The translations under genes and the position numbers were made by a program. A stretch of DNA of 64,000 nucleotides from Trichoplax adhaerens (Eukaryota > Animalia > Placozoa): assembly GCF_000150275.1 (NCBI RefSeq), contig NW_002060945.1:9130011-9194010 (forward strand), given 5' to 3'. Under the pieces are notes generated by a model. That model did no database searches, was not told the DNA's origin, and saw only the letters and a program-made list of their open reading frames with translations. This document shows, in pieces, positions 11,472-23,715 of the stretch. Numbering within the stretch: the stretch's first letter is position 1; every line of letters starts with the position of its first letter.

Positions 11472-14400
11472 CTAGGAATTAACTCCAACTGATGTCTGGT
11501 TTTGTGGTGCAAGTTTTGCGCTAAGGCTATCCTCAGCGTTACTGGCGGTGTCACTAATGGAAGAAATAGAAATTTTACTTCGATAGTATTTTACATTAAA
11601 TAGTATAGGATATTATTATAATATTTCATTTCTCGGCAATATGTTATAACCATATGGAGTCAGAATAATGATTACAGCCTTACCCAGCTACGGACTGTCT
11701 TCGTCCCAAGTCAAAAATAGGATACTCTTCATCTAAATATTCCGGGCCAGCTTTTTCTACTGTAAACGGAACAGTTGTCATCGTTAATACCGAATCATAT
11801 TACATAACTTAAATTAAAAGAAATACAGCAAGTTACTATACGACCCTGACTACTTTATGAGTTAGAGTTAAAGTGATATAACCTATGCGTTAATGAAAAA
11901 ATTCCTAATTAGAATATCCCAACATAACTCTACATAAGTCTGTCTACTTACTACTGTTGGCCAATTGATCAGTAAGCCATTCAGATTGAACCCCAGATTG
12001 AACCCCGGACTGAACCCCAGATTGCGGCAGCTCTTGACGAATATTTGGCTATAAATAAAAGTAATTTAAATTAGGCACAGTTTTATTTTTTAGATGGATA
12101 TTAATGACCGACCAAGAAGTGGTTCACAGATTAGCTAAGGTTATCTTATCAAATTTTCACATTAAGATTTTTAAATTTGTAGAGAATTATAATATAATTT
12201 ATAATCCGAATATGTACGCGCTAGAATCGTACCAGTGGCTTTTTATGTGTTTCAGTTGAATTGTTATTATCAACCTGTAATCGAATAACCAGCAGACGGA
12301 TCATCATTAGTATTGATATTATCGATATTAAAATACCTAATAAATAAATGCAGTGCTTAATTCACTTTTTCTTCATTAAAATATCTATCAGTCTTGTATA
12401 CGAGTTAAGCAGTTAACGAAAAATCACACCTTTTAACCAGATAGTACACTTTTGATAAGTAGATTAATTTTTTATCTGGTGACTGAATTGTCTTAGTGAT
12501 TACATATAGCTTAGCTTAGCCCGATTTACCCAATTGCATCGGTTTCATTTCATGTAGTAGTAATATGATCATGCATACAGTATTAAATCTCGATAAATGA
12601 TAACATGGATTGTTTATCAATTATAATATAATAAATCATTTAGGGTAGGGTATTGACCGTTAATTATTCTATATCGTGACTCTCCAAAAACAGTTAATTA
12701 AATTTAGTGTTACTAAATATAACATCCTAGAATGCATTTAGGAGTGTGTCATAACGTCTGAATATTAATAAAATCCATTAGGATTACCAAGTAGGCGACA
12801 CCAGCAGGATGTAATGTTGCTGCTTGACGCTGAAGCGAAGCCCTTAAAAAGCTCTCATTTTTTAGTGCCATCATACTAAAGTAAACAATTATAGCATAAG
12901 ATATCTTTTAAGTAGGTATTCGTTAACATCATGAAATAAATATTGATTCGGAATAATATAGGGTCAAAATTAAAGCGAGCTTACGTTTGCTGAATTACGG
13001 TCGTTTTCTTTTCCCATGTCATATTGATTCTTCGTATTTCCTTTTCCAGTCTAAATAAACATCATATCATCATTATTTTGACAATTATACTACTAGACAT
13101 TATAGAAAGCTGATTGATAAATGCTAATGTACTCATTGACCTAGAATATCAAGTGATAAGCAAACCCAAATTTTTGTTTGCCTCTATGATTCATACAATA
13201 TTATGCTATTACAAAATAGCTACTTCACTTTTTTTATAGCTTTACCTGATGATTTCGTTTCGTTGCCGCTGTACTAATCCTTCTAACTTTTGGATCGTTA
13301 ATCTATCGTCAGCAGTAACAGGACTACGTTCAATCCTTTCCTATTGAGTGATTGGATCAAAAACATAGATATTTAATATTTCGAATTTACTGAATAGAGG
13401 ACCAGTTATGTTTATTTTATATTTGGCTAACCATCAGTAATCGTCGGTCGGCAATTTTCTTTTGAGATAATGCCGCATTGAAAGCTTCCTTTTCACGGGA
13501 TTGTAACGCAGATCGTTCTCTTTCTATCTGTTCGTTCATCTAATAATTAAAAGCAATCAAATGCTTAGCTTTAATCTCTTTATTTATCTAAATCCTAAGC
13601 CAAAATAGCTCGCTTAGTGTGAATCTTACATCCTGCGTAATTTTATCAATATGGCGTTTCATATCTTTTTCATGTTGCTTCTTTTCTTCACTAAACTACA
13701 TTGGATATGAGAATAAATGAAAAACTGTGTACGTAAATTTTATTGGTAAAATATAGTAAACTGCTGTAGAATGTTCACTGTATAACGACTGATTTCTAAT
13801 TTGTTAACAAATTGGCTCTTACAGTTTCCATAATTTTTTCTTTTTCTTTCTCACTAGTTGCTCTGATTAGATCGATTTCATTTTGCAGCTAATATTTATA
13901 AAATTAACTTATTAGAATATCAAAGGCAGTTAGAAGTATTTAAATGGCATTAGCGGCAAATGGAGATATAAATCTGCAAAGAAGCTCATTTGAATAGCTA
14001 TCTATTCATAAGCTAATAACTAACCTGACGAACTTTCAGTTGCTCTTTGTTCAGAGCTTCGGTAACTAAATCCTTCTCTAAAGCTAAATTTCGAAACAAT
14101 ATCAGTTTATTGTGTTACTCGCTGCTTTAAGCAGATTGAGCTATCTATTGATTTAAATTTTTCCTGTGATAAATTATTATTTTGCGTGTAGCCTATCCTA
14201 CTTGACAAGCTAACTAAATGACTGATTATAAATGAGTTTTACCGATTTAAATGATAAGTTAACATCGCCATTAATATCTCGATTGACTCGATTAACAACT
14301 ATACGCATGTATAATAATAATAACATCTTACATATTTTACTCTTTTCTCTTTTCTTTCGATCTATCTCTTTTGCCATCTCATCAATCTTTTCTTCTAGCT

Positions 14401-16951
14401 TGTTGACTATAGCATTTAATTCTTCAATTTCTGTATTATCAGGTTCTGGAGGTAGAGGAGCATCTGCGGCAGCCTTTATCCGTTTATAAAATTGAAAAGA
14501 AACATAGGGATATAAAATATCAAAAATTGCTTTCCGAACGATTAAAGGAAGGTAAAGAATTGCGCTAAATAAGATTTTTGAATTCTAATCGAATGTAATA
14601 CCTCATATAACATTTGGTTATGTTGAGCCTCTTGGCGCGCTTCTTCCAACTCGTGTTGTAATCGTTTAATAATATCATTATCGTCACCAGCATCATCGAT
14701 AAGGTCTTTAATCCTAATTAGAATTGATTTATAGTTCAGATAACTTACAGTATAGATCACTTTCATGAGATTTGTAGATTAAATTGGTATCTGTATCTTT
14801 AAAGTTGACTTATTGACTTTAGCTACCAAACTGATAACATACTGTTCTTCAAGTTCTTTAATTGCTTTCTTATATCGATCAGTCTCTGCCTCTATCTGAT
14901 CATCGAAAAAATCACTATGATCGATTGCAATTTGCTTGATAGCATTCGATAGTTGTTGCCGACAACTATGCCTGACGACTTCAACTCTCTATATCAATCA
15001 AAGTAAAAGCGATATTTTAAGTAACTTAGTAATATATTTAACATCTACTTTCAGAACTTATACAAATAATCAGCCTCATTTCAAGAATAATCTTGGTTAC
15101 CTGTTTATGAAGTTTTTCTAATTCTTCCACTTTATCATTAACGCGACAATATCTACAACAATTAAATTGATAGAGGAAAAAGAGTTAATTTACAATCAAA
15201 TAGTAGGGCATTACGGATATAGGATCATAACAAGTTTAATTTCATGTATCGATTAGAAAAAGTATAGGTGTACTTACAATTCTAGTGAACGCTGTTCTAA
15301 TCTATTTTCATAATCTGCTAGCATATTATGTTTAGTCAAACGAAATTCTCTTTTCAATCGGTCTAACTCCTAATTAGGCAACAAATGTTTCATGGTAGTA
15401 TAAGTAATTAATTATTGACTTTAATGGATTTAGAATAATTCTAATACCACGTTATAACACATTTGTTAGCTTGAATAACAAGATGATGCACAATGTCCAT
15501 CTATTTAGTTATATCTTAATAAATTACTGCATGCAATTTAATCCTTAAATTTTATATGTTCTATTTCAAGAGCAAAGTTATGACAGAACATACTAGACGC
15601 GCCATCAAAGGTAGAGATAGTCCCAGTTATGTCCTTTATAAATTTTTACCTCAATTAAATCTTGTACTACTGTTGTCATTTCCTTGATATCAACAATTTC
15701 TGATGTTTCGGTTTGTGTAGCAATATCTTTATAAAAGAAGCCAGCTTTATAGTCTTCAGCCAAAGATGGTCTATAGTACAGCGAATTAGAATTATATTAA
15801 CAACGGCACATTATTTACTGTAATTCCCTTTAATCAGTAAAGGTGTATGATTTCTGTGGTTACATGCTTCCATTAGCGTGTAGCCATCGTTTTGTCGCTA
15901 TATACAAATGCATAATAAATAAAATTCATTATTGCGCGTGCTATACTGAAACTTTTATATCAATTACTGGAATAGTGTGATACTTAAAATAATATAATAT
16001 GGGTCGGCAGGGGATGATGCTAGTTCGTTATAAACACTCAAATTTATAATTTTGCGATAATGATTTATATTTTTGATATTAAAATATCCATTTATGATTA
16101 GAAATGTAAAATAGGTGAAAGATAGTCATCTTTGAAAGAAATTAAAGTATCGACAATGCATAGTAGGCGATAACAGACACAGCCATACAGAAAGGGCTAA
16201 TAATGTGAAATGAAATAGAGTGACCTTCATGTATAGTATATCGTTATTTATTAATGACTAAGATTCTAAATGGTTATAAACTATATCTAAAAACGAAAAG
16301 AACGATAATTTACAAATATTCCTCTTTTGGTGGTAAGGAAAGTTGATTCATTAAAAATATAGCGGTGTTTAGTTAAGTCATATTGAATGGGAATTGATTT
16401 GGTATTAACTGCATTGTATAGTACTGGCAGTTTTCTGATCGTTGATAACTGTTGGTATAATATTTATTCGGACTAATCAAGACAATCTATTTTAATATTA
16501 TCCTATCTAATTTACCCTATTATAAGCTGCAATTTTTTAAATTGATAGTATGATAAGGTAGCTGAAAGATTTTATTAACACTGTAGTAAACACTTAATCA
16601 AGATGCCCTTTCTTATAGTATGTTTTAGTGCATTATAAAACTTGCATGCAGTAGTAGTATTTCATTACTCAATAAAAATATCAAGATGAATTATGTAATT
16701 TATCAATTGAATGCTGTCCCTAAAGTAGAATAGTATAGCAGCTATCGGAAACGTACTCGCCGAGTATCGTCTAAATCAATGCAAAGAGGCCACATCATGA
16801 CTTACTTGAATTTTTCATAAATACTATCATCATCCTCAGTATCAAGATTTTTGATAGAGTCATTCTCTTCGGTAATACTTTTTCTAGCATAGCTATTTGT
16901 AGGGGATTGTGAATTACTTTGGAGATTGCCGAAAGATATCCTAGTCGCCAT
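11472..16951 (-). CDS. C10orf67: C10orf67-like coiled-coil protein (DUF4709 N-terminal, DUF4724-like C-terminal), multi-exon
   Basis: ATG at 16951 (MATRISFGN...), exon to 16806. Next exons give KPSLAEDYKAGFFYKDIATQTETSEIVDIKEMTTVVQDLIE/ELDRLKREFRLTKHNMLADYENRLEQRSLEL, matching my recollection of the C10orf67 N-terminus. Later exons give LEKEIRRINMTWEKKTTVIQQTMMALKNESFLRASLQRQAA, resembling its conserved C-terminal block. Stop TAG at 11474-11472; a possible alternative last exon lies at 11378-11336. Confidence 0.75.
11982..12024 (-). repeat. 12-bp coding minisatellite encoding (QSGV)3 QSE in the C10orf67-like tail
   Basis: Plus strand cagattgaacccc/cggactgaacccc x~3.5, in frame in exon ~12048-11952. 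Confidence 0.75.
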
Positions 16952-17182
16952 CGTCGTTACTACGATACGCCAAGGTCACAATAAACTACTTAACGAATGA
17001 TAAAACGCCTTGCCTTGAGTATTAATCTACCTTCAAACCTATACTCTTTACTTTTCAAGTAAGGCGATTCTGTATGTTAATGTACTTTAAGGTACGAATT
17101 ACTTAACTTATTATTGACTTGTAGCATCCAGCACTAGTTTTAACTCGGGTTGTATTCGCCGTAGCCATTGACAACAACGGCG

Positions 17183-17257
17183 TACAGTACAAAGACAGTA
17201 CATTACAGTGCACAGTACTGTAATAAAGTACTGTACGAGTAATGTAGTGTACTGTAT
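17183..17257. promoter_or_regulatory. Putative promoter region of the C10orf67-like gene (TACAGTAC-motif cluster)
   Basis: Dense gtacagtac/acagtac/acagtactgta/gtactgtac copies ~230-300 bp upstream of the ATG at 16951. Confidence 0.45.
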
Positions 17258-20200
17258 GTTACGCATGCGCAGCACTGTCGAAGAGATTTAAAAATACTGC
17301 ATGATAGAGTTTGAAAATTTTCTTGTCGCCATTTTGCGTGGAGTGGAAAAACTTTCATTGCTTCAAAAAGTATGTCAATGAGGCAGAAAATCTTTACACT
17401 ATGCTGCAAACAAAACCTTATTTCATGACATCTGTTCTACACGCGTGTGGATAGCATTGTACTGTTGGCGGTATTGCCTTATCATCAACAATTCTTAAAC
17501 GTAGGAGATGGAATCGTACAGTTTACACGCATTCAAAGTGAATGCACGCGTATAAAAACGTATACCAATTTAAAATCCAGAGGTAAAAGTGATACTAGTG
17601 AAATTCCAGCGTAAAGCACGTATAGCTATGGACTACTAAGAGGAAACCTAGGTTTTCTTCCAATAGTCCATGGTGTAGCATACAATACTCATATGTTTAT
17701 ATCGTTTACGTATACAGTAATATTCGTCTGCTATACACACACGCACAGAAGCCATTTTTTGCCGCATTTTGGCTCTTGGTCAGTCAATTACTGTATATTT
17801 GGAGGATATCCGTTCGATGTCAAGGTCTTTAGCGTTGGATACAGAAACAGTGTCACGACATAACTTGGTTTTGATCCATTCTGTAGAACTAATCTGTATT
17901 TTTTCTCGATCTAAAGTACAGTAGTACCGAGTATCGCAGGTAAATAATATACAGTATAGTGTATAAAATGGATACAGAATGCGTATTATGTACAGTAAAA
18001 ATCGGAATTAGACTCGTCGTCAGTCTGTTTTTAATTTTAGTAAGCTTGGCTGAGGAGAAGTGATATCAAGTACTTTTTGAGTGTCATGATAGAGGTTTAA
18101 AACAATCGCTTCTGCTCTGTCTCAAAGCTTTAATCGGGTACAAATGATCAGTTTTGCTTGAAAGTAACCGACGGCATGGTGCTTCGATCGAAATTATTTT
18201 ACCAGCTAATCTTAGCATTTGAATACTCAATGAATTACTGTATAATGGAATCTGATCGGGGATTAGCAAAGTCTTTAACAGCTATTTCTCTCATATCAAA
18301 TCTGAAATAATAATAATTTACTTCGTTACATGGTAACAGATTCATATAAACTTACAACTACAACAAGTAGGAGAAATTAATTCAATAGCAAAGGCCATTG
18401 AAGTTACAATAAGCTACAACAGCTATAGGATCTGAAAGCCGGATATCAAGATGGAATCTTGGCAAATTTATAAGCTATACTACAGTTTTTACGGATATCT
18501 ACTCATTTGATTAGCATTTTATCCTATGGAGAAAATAGGATTTTTAAAGCTATTTTCTTAAATGAATTTATTTATTTACTCTTATTGAGTAACTTAAGAT
18601 AAATAAATAGATACGGTCGGAAAGCGGAGTTACAGGGGTTATTCGATATCGATTAAGTACAATGTGCTCACGGAAGTTTTCTATTCTTATTGTTAAGGTA
18701 ATAATTCATAACCTTATCGCTACTATAACTACTTAGACAAGTCGTAGTAGCAATGTATTAAATCATAGGTAGATAAAGGGAGTAAAGTAAAACCATTAAT
18801 ATAGCGTATTTGTTAGTAATACTTGATCTTGGAGTTGCTGCGTCTGCAATCTGTCCAAACACTAAAATGGTATACTGAGACAGGCTTTACAGCGGATTTA
18901 TTGCTTTTACTAATTATTGACTGAATAACCCAATGATAAGTCATTACGATCACCTGCAATAGAACAGACAACAGAACAATCCAATTTACAACTATGGTGG
19001 AGTTATCCAATAAGAATATGACGATTACAGTTTTGCTAATGGGGCTAAAATAAGTAAGAGAAGTGAAATAGGTATACTGGCTTAAGTACAGCGTTATGCG
19101 CTTAGATATCACAATACTGAATAGTAGCTGTCTATTAGGCCATTGGAGGAGCATATACTCCCGAGTCCTTGCTTATTTGATACTTGATGGCAACAATAGG
19201 GGTGTACATAAAGTACAAATTTAAGGTTCCAAATTTTCAGTCATAGGATATGAAATTTCAATAAAAGGACTAACCTATCATTGCCGTGATTTTATGCGGT
19301 ATAGACGGATATGCTATGCTTGCTATTGTATAGACTATATTAGTAGGATTTATGAGGTAAAAGCACAAGGTCAGGAAACAAAGGTACCTATTCTTATAGA
19401 GGACTAAACTATTTTGCAAATACTTGAAATATTTCTAATTTAAACTAGTCATAATATTTACGGAAAAAGATTATTTTTAAAGTCATCGTCAGGAGACTAG
19501 GTGTTTTCTAAAACACTAAGCAATTTCAACAGATTCATAAAGTGTGATTTTGCATAGTTGATTGCCATAATAATTGGTCTATTATTATGAGGTTACGTAC
19601 TTGAGATGAAGCAGGTTTACCTGATTTTCCCAGATAGGTTAAAAGCAACAGATCAGAACCTTAACCAATTTCCCTTTACCAATGATTTCCATATGATCAA
19701 ATTGTGTTTGCAAGCTGTCTCAAACTATGCTTTTACGTGAAAACAATTTTTCTTCATCAATAATTACTTACTGGATCGAATAACATTTTACCACCTGTCT
19801 CAAACTATGCTTTCGTATTGTAATCATTGCAGTCCATCCATCGCATTATCCCCCCGAAAGCAATATTGGAATAGTATTGCAAATAGGTTTGATATAGGTT
19901 ATGAAATGATAGGATATTGTTAACGGAAGATTGAAGTATACTGTCATGGTTAGCCCCTACAAATATCAAGCTATCGTATTTCAGTTTTTGAGACATAAAA
20001 CATTGAATACAGTATCTTTCGATTATTTTGACACTTTACCAAGTTGACGCAAAGATTGCCTGCAAGTCAAGCCTCCTACCGGCAAAATATTGTATTTGTA
20101 TTTTCCACCCGTGTATAATAACATGCCTATTTTGTAGCATGCAAGACTATTCAAATGATTGCAATTAAAGTATTGCCACCAAGACAGCATAAAGGGATGA

Positions 20201-20513
20201 TAAACGGCTTGTGGAATTTTTGATTTACAGAGCCATGGACTACTCGACCCCAATTTCCCCCCTGTTCGTTACCGCTGCTTGGTTGGGAAATTTTGGGTTC
20301 AATGGTCCCCGACCGAGGCTGTCTTGGCCTTGCAGCGAATTGACAATGTCACGCTCTTGCTTTCATTCAATGCAAAAGTAAAATGAATCTCATCCAAGTC
20401 ATGGCGAGTCGTAGTTTCCCATTTTTTACATTGCTATTTCCACCCAAAATAAAGGATAGTCTATCCCCCCCCCCCAAAAAAAAAATATGCAGGGTAGACG
20501 AGTCGTAGTTCAC

Positions 20514-20545
20514 GCTTAGCAGATCGCTTTGGCGGTCTGCTAAGC
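20514..20545. other. 14-bp hairpin with 4-nt loop (one U-G pair)
   Basis: GCTTAGCAGATCGC-tttg-GCGGTCTGCTAAGC. Confidence 0.85.
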
Positions 20546-21430
20546 ATTGCCAGATGCATCAGTGGTAGTGAAATTGAATGGATGTGCAGTTCAAAGACAA
20601 GAGTGGTGAGGCACAAGTGTCATAGCAATCCGTGGTAGCAGAGTGCGCTTGACGTTATCCTAGTCCATCACGTCGAGTGAATGTGCAATCGGTGACCCGG
20701 CGGCATACGGTACAATGCAGTTACAGCGGATCGGATGAATGTGGCCAATCAATGCTGTCTTCAAGCAGACTAGTTCGTTGCAGTCGATCGATCCTGTTTA
20801 CAATGGTAGAGTCAAGTACGTCAGTCAGTCAATAATGCGATCGACACCCAAAATGACCTGAATTCAAGTGTAGCGTACTACGGTGAGGTCAGATTGAAAA
20901 GTGAATTATTCACAGCGGCTAGCTATTGGTTTATACCAAGGTGACAACCACCTCTATGCTGCGTAACCCAATCAAATCAGTCAATTTATTATGATTAAAA
21001 GAATGATGCAGGTCAGTCTAGGGTACTACGGGTGTCCTTACTCGTCACCCCTACCGGTTGACTTGGAAAACTCCCAAATAATGTCGATCAAGTTGTCGCT
21101 GGTAGTATGGTCATCAGAGCCATGACAGCGTGACTGGGTCATGGTCAACTGTATGGTACCGGTAAAGCGACAAAACTAGAATTCCAATCAGACACGGTCA
21201 GCTCATATCACGTCCATTCCAACCGCGTCTCTAGCTGCCATACCAAGATGGACAGTGTAAAATGCGTTGAAAAAGGGCCTTGCAGGATAGCTGGAAGGAT
21301 AATATACAAGTGCAGCGTTATGGACATTCGTTAAAGGGATGTCCAACATGAATGTGTGTACACTGTACCATCGATAGGCTTGTAAGGCACTCTTGCCAAA
21401 GCCAAGGAGAGGGAAAAAAACAGTTCAATT

Positions 21431-21897
21431 GTACAACATGGACTAAACCGCTGTACACATAGTTATACCATTGAATTTAGTCATTTATCACTGTATTGAT
21501 CGTGAATTATTGTACAGTATAGAACGAGAATGCTATATGGTATCCCTCTTCTTTCCCAATACAGTAATAAATGATAACTTTGAGTCATAGTACAACATGG
21601 ATTAAACCGCTGTACACATAATTATACCATTGAATTGAGTCATTTATTACTGTATTGATCGTGAATTATTGTATAGAACGAGAATGCTATATGGTATCCC
21701 TCTTCTTTCCCAATACAGTAAATGATAACTTTGAGTCATAGTACAACATGGATTAAACCGCTGTACACATAGTTATACCATTGAATTGAGTCATTTATCA
21801 CTGTATTGATCGTGAATTATTGTACAGTATAGAACGAGAATGCTATATGGTATCCCTCTTCTTTTCCAAATACAGTAAATGATAACTTTGAGTCATA
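21431..21897. repeat. Near-identical tandem triplication, 151-159 bp unit
   Basis: Units start GTACAACATGGA at 21431, 21590 and 21741 and end TTTGAGTCATA; they differ by a few SNPs and indels. Confidence 0.95.
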
Positions 21898-23715
21898 GCA
21901 ACCGTATCGAATCAAATACATCACTCGATCCTCGGTAGGCAAATACCAAAGCCTACCGACCTATTTCCGTAAAGTGCAATATATTGGGTTCGTTCTCCAG
22001 TCAGCTACTGTAATTGGAATGAAAGTAGGCTACAGTTTAGCGCTACAGTCATCAACTCTTTTCTTGTTGAATCACGTCTAAAATGTTGGCGCCTGTAACT
22101 CTCACATTGACCTTTCTCCGTTTTGTTGATTAGCAAATACGCATCAAGTGTATCCCCCCCAAACAGGCGATGAAAACCATTTCACAACTTGTCCATAGTA
22201 TTTATACGTATGCATTGCCGTAGGTCATCGTACAGGTTTTACTGCATGTTTGTCCAACTTTATGGAAATAGTATGGGTATTATTTTGGCTCCATTCAAGA
22301 TTGCATGTATGCGTGTATTTTTTCCATCAGAACTGGATATATCCCCTTGCATGAACGCCGCTGGGGGTTTATTCTTGGTTTATTCTTTCATTTTGTTTTT
22401 TTGTTAACCGGATTACATCAGTCCGTTTTTCATCAAATCAAAAAAGTCATCCCCAAACGTATCTATTTGAATACCCAAGTCCATTCCTTGGAAAAGGCAT
22501 GGAGTCAAATCATCCTCCCTTCAGTGGAATTGTCATTTTGCTTGGTGACTGACGAGTTTTGCAATGCCTTTTTTTTAATTTTTATTTTTTCGGGAAAGGG
22601 GGGGCGGGGGGTTATCTCCAGAATGAAGGCCGTAAGATTTCCATTCCGGCTATCCTACTGTATGATAAGTGCTAGCATCAAAAAGCCTGACAGTACTACG
22701 CAAGCTGTTGTTCTCTTTCAATTTTTGGCTGAAAATAAATGGACATCGATGATAACATGTGGAATAGAAGAATGTATGACGAGAAAGATGATTTTCAAGT
22801 TAGATTGATCGGATGATCTTGTACCATTTTGAAGGGTAGAAGATAGACGCTGACAATACTTTGGTCAATCGATCCAAGTCCAACCACCATCGATGGTGAT
22901 ACACAGTCCATTAGTGAGGCACTATACCATGACTATATCGTCAAAGGAAAAAGAGCGACATGATAAGTGCACAATGCTGCACCTTGTACAAATTGAGTTA
23001 TTATTGTTATTCAATAAGGTTGCCATTGCAAGGTAGAAGTGGATCTTCTTGTTCCATCATAGTCAAATACAATATCAATAGAAGACTGTTTCAACACAAT
23101 CTAGCCCTTGTCCAAGCCGCCACTACGCATCATCGTACTGCACTGCCTAGAATAACAATGAATGCACGTATTGATTCTCTTCCAGTTTAAGGTAAATGTC
23201 AGCCAAAGGGCTTGTCAAGGCAAAGGCAACTGCAAAAAGGAGGAGGAGAGAACGGTGAAAAAAGGCCTTGTGCCAATGAAGGGGGAAGAAACATTTTTTT
23301 TTACAGCTTACTTGGATAGAGTAAACTGGTTGTGTGCTTGTGTATTGAACACGTTGTAATGACGCTTTCATCATCCCAACCAACCTTGACAGTGGTTGTT
23401 ATCCAATAGATCTCCAAGTGCAGACCACTGCCAACCAACTGGTCGATGCATTGCAATTGAACTGTTTGGGAAGCAACCAAATCACTCTACCTAATTAGGA
23501 ATTTGCTACCTGTAGTTTGGGGATCTCCAGTAGTAGATTACGCTTGGATCATTACAACCCACGTTGAACCAATTCGTTGGCTCACCACATTGGGTGACAG
23601 CTTATCACTCAAGCCAAGTTTTTTTTTTCCCATCCTAGAATTGATTGGCAACACTTTTCCAACCACATCCTAACGACGTCGACGTGTCGTGGTAAATCCA
23701 ACTTTTTCAACTGCA

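Noticed and set aside
21431-21897. CRISPR-like array
   Set aside because: Contiguous ~157-bp units without unique spacers, no cas genes, eukaryotic context.
22189-23383. Several 65-167 aa ORFs upstream of the SKIDA1-like gene
   Set aside because: Mutually overlapping, built on homopolymer runs, with no recognisable motifs; more likely UTR, intron or regulatory DNA.
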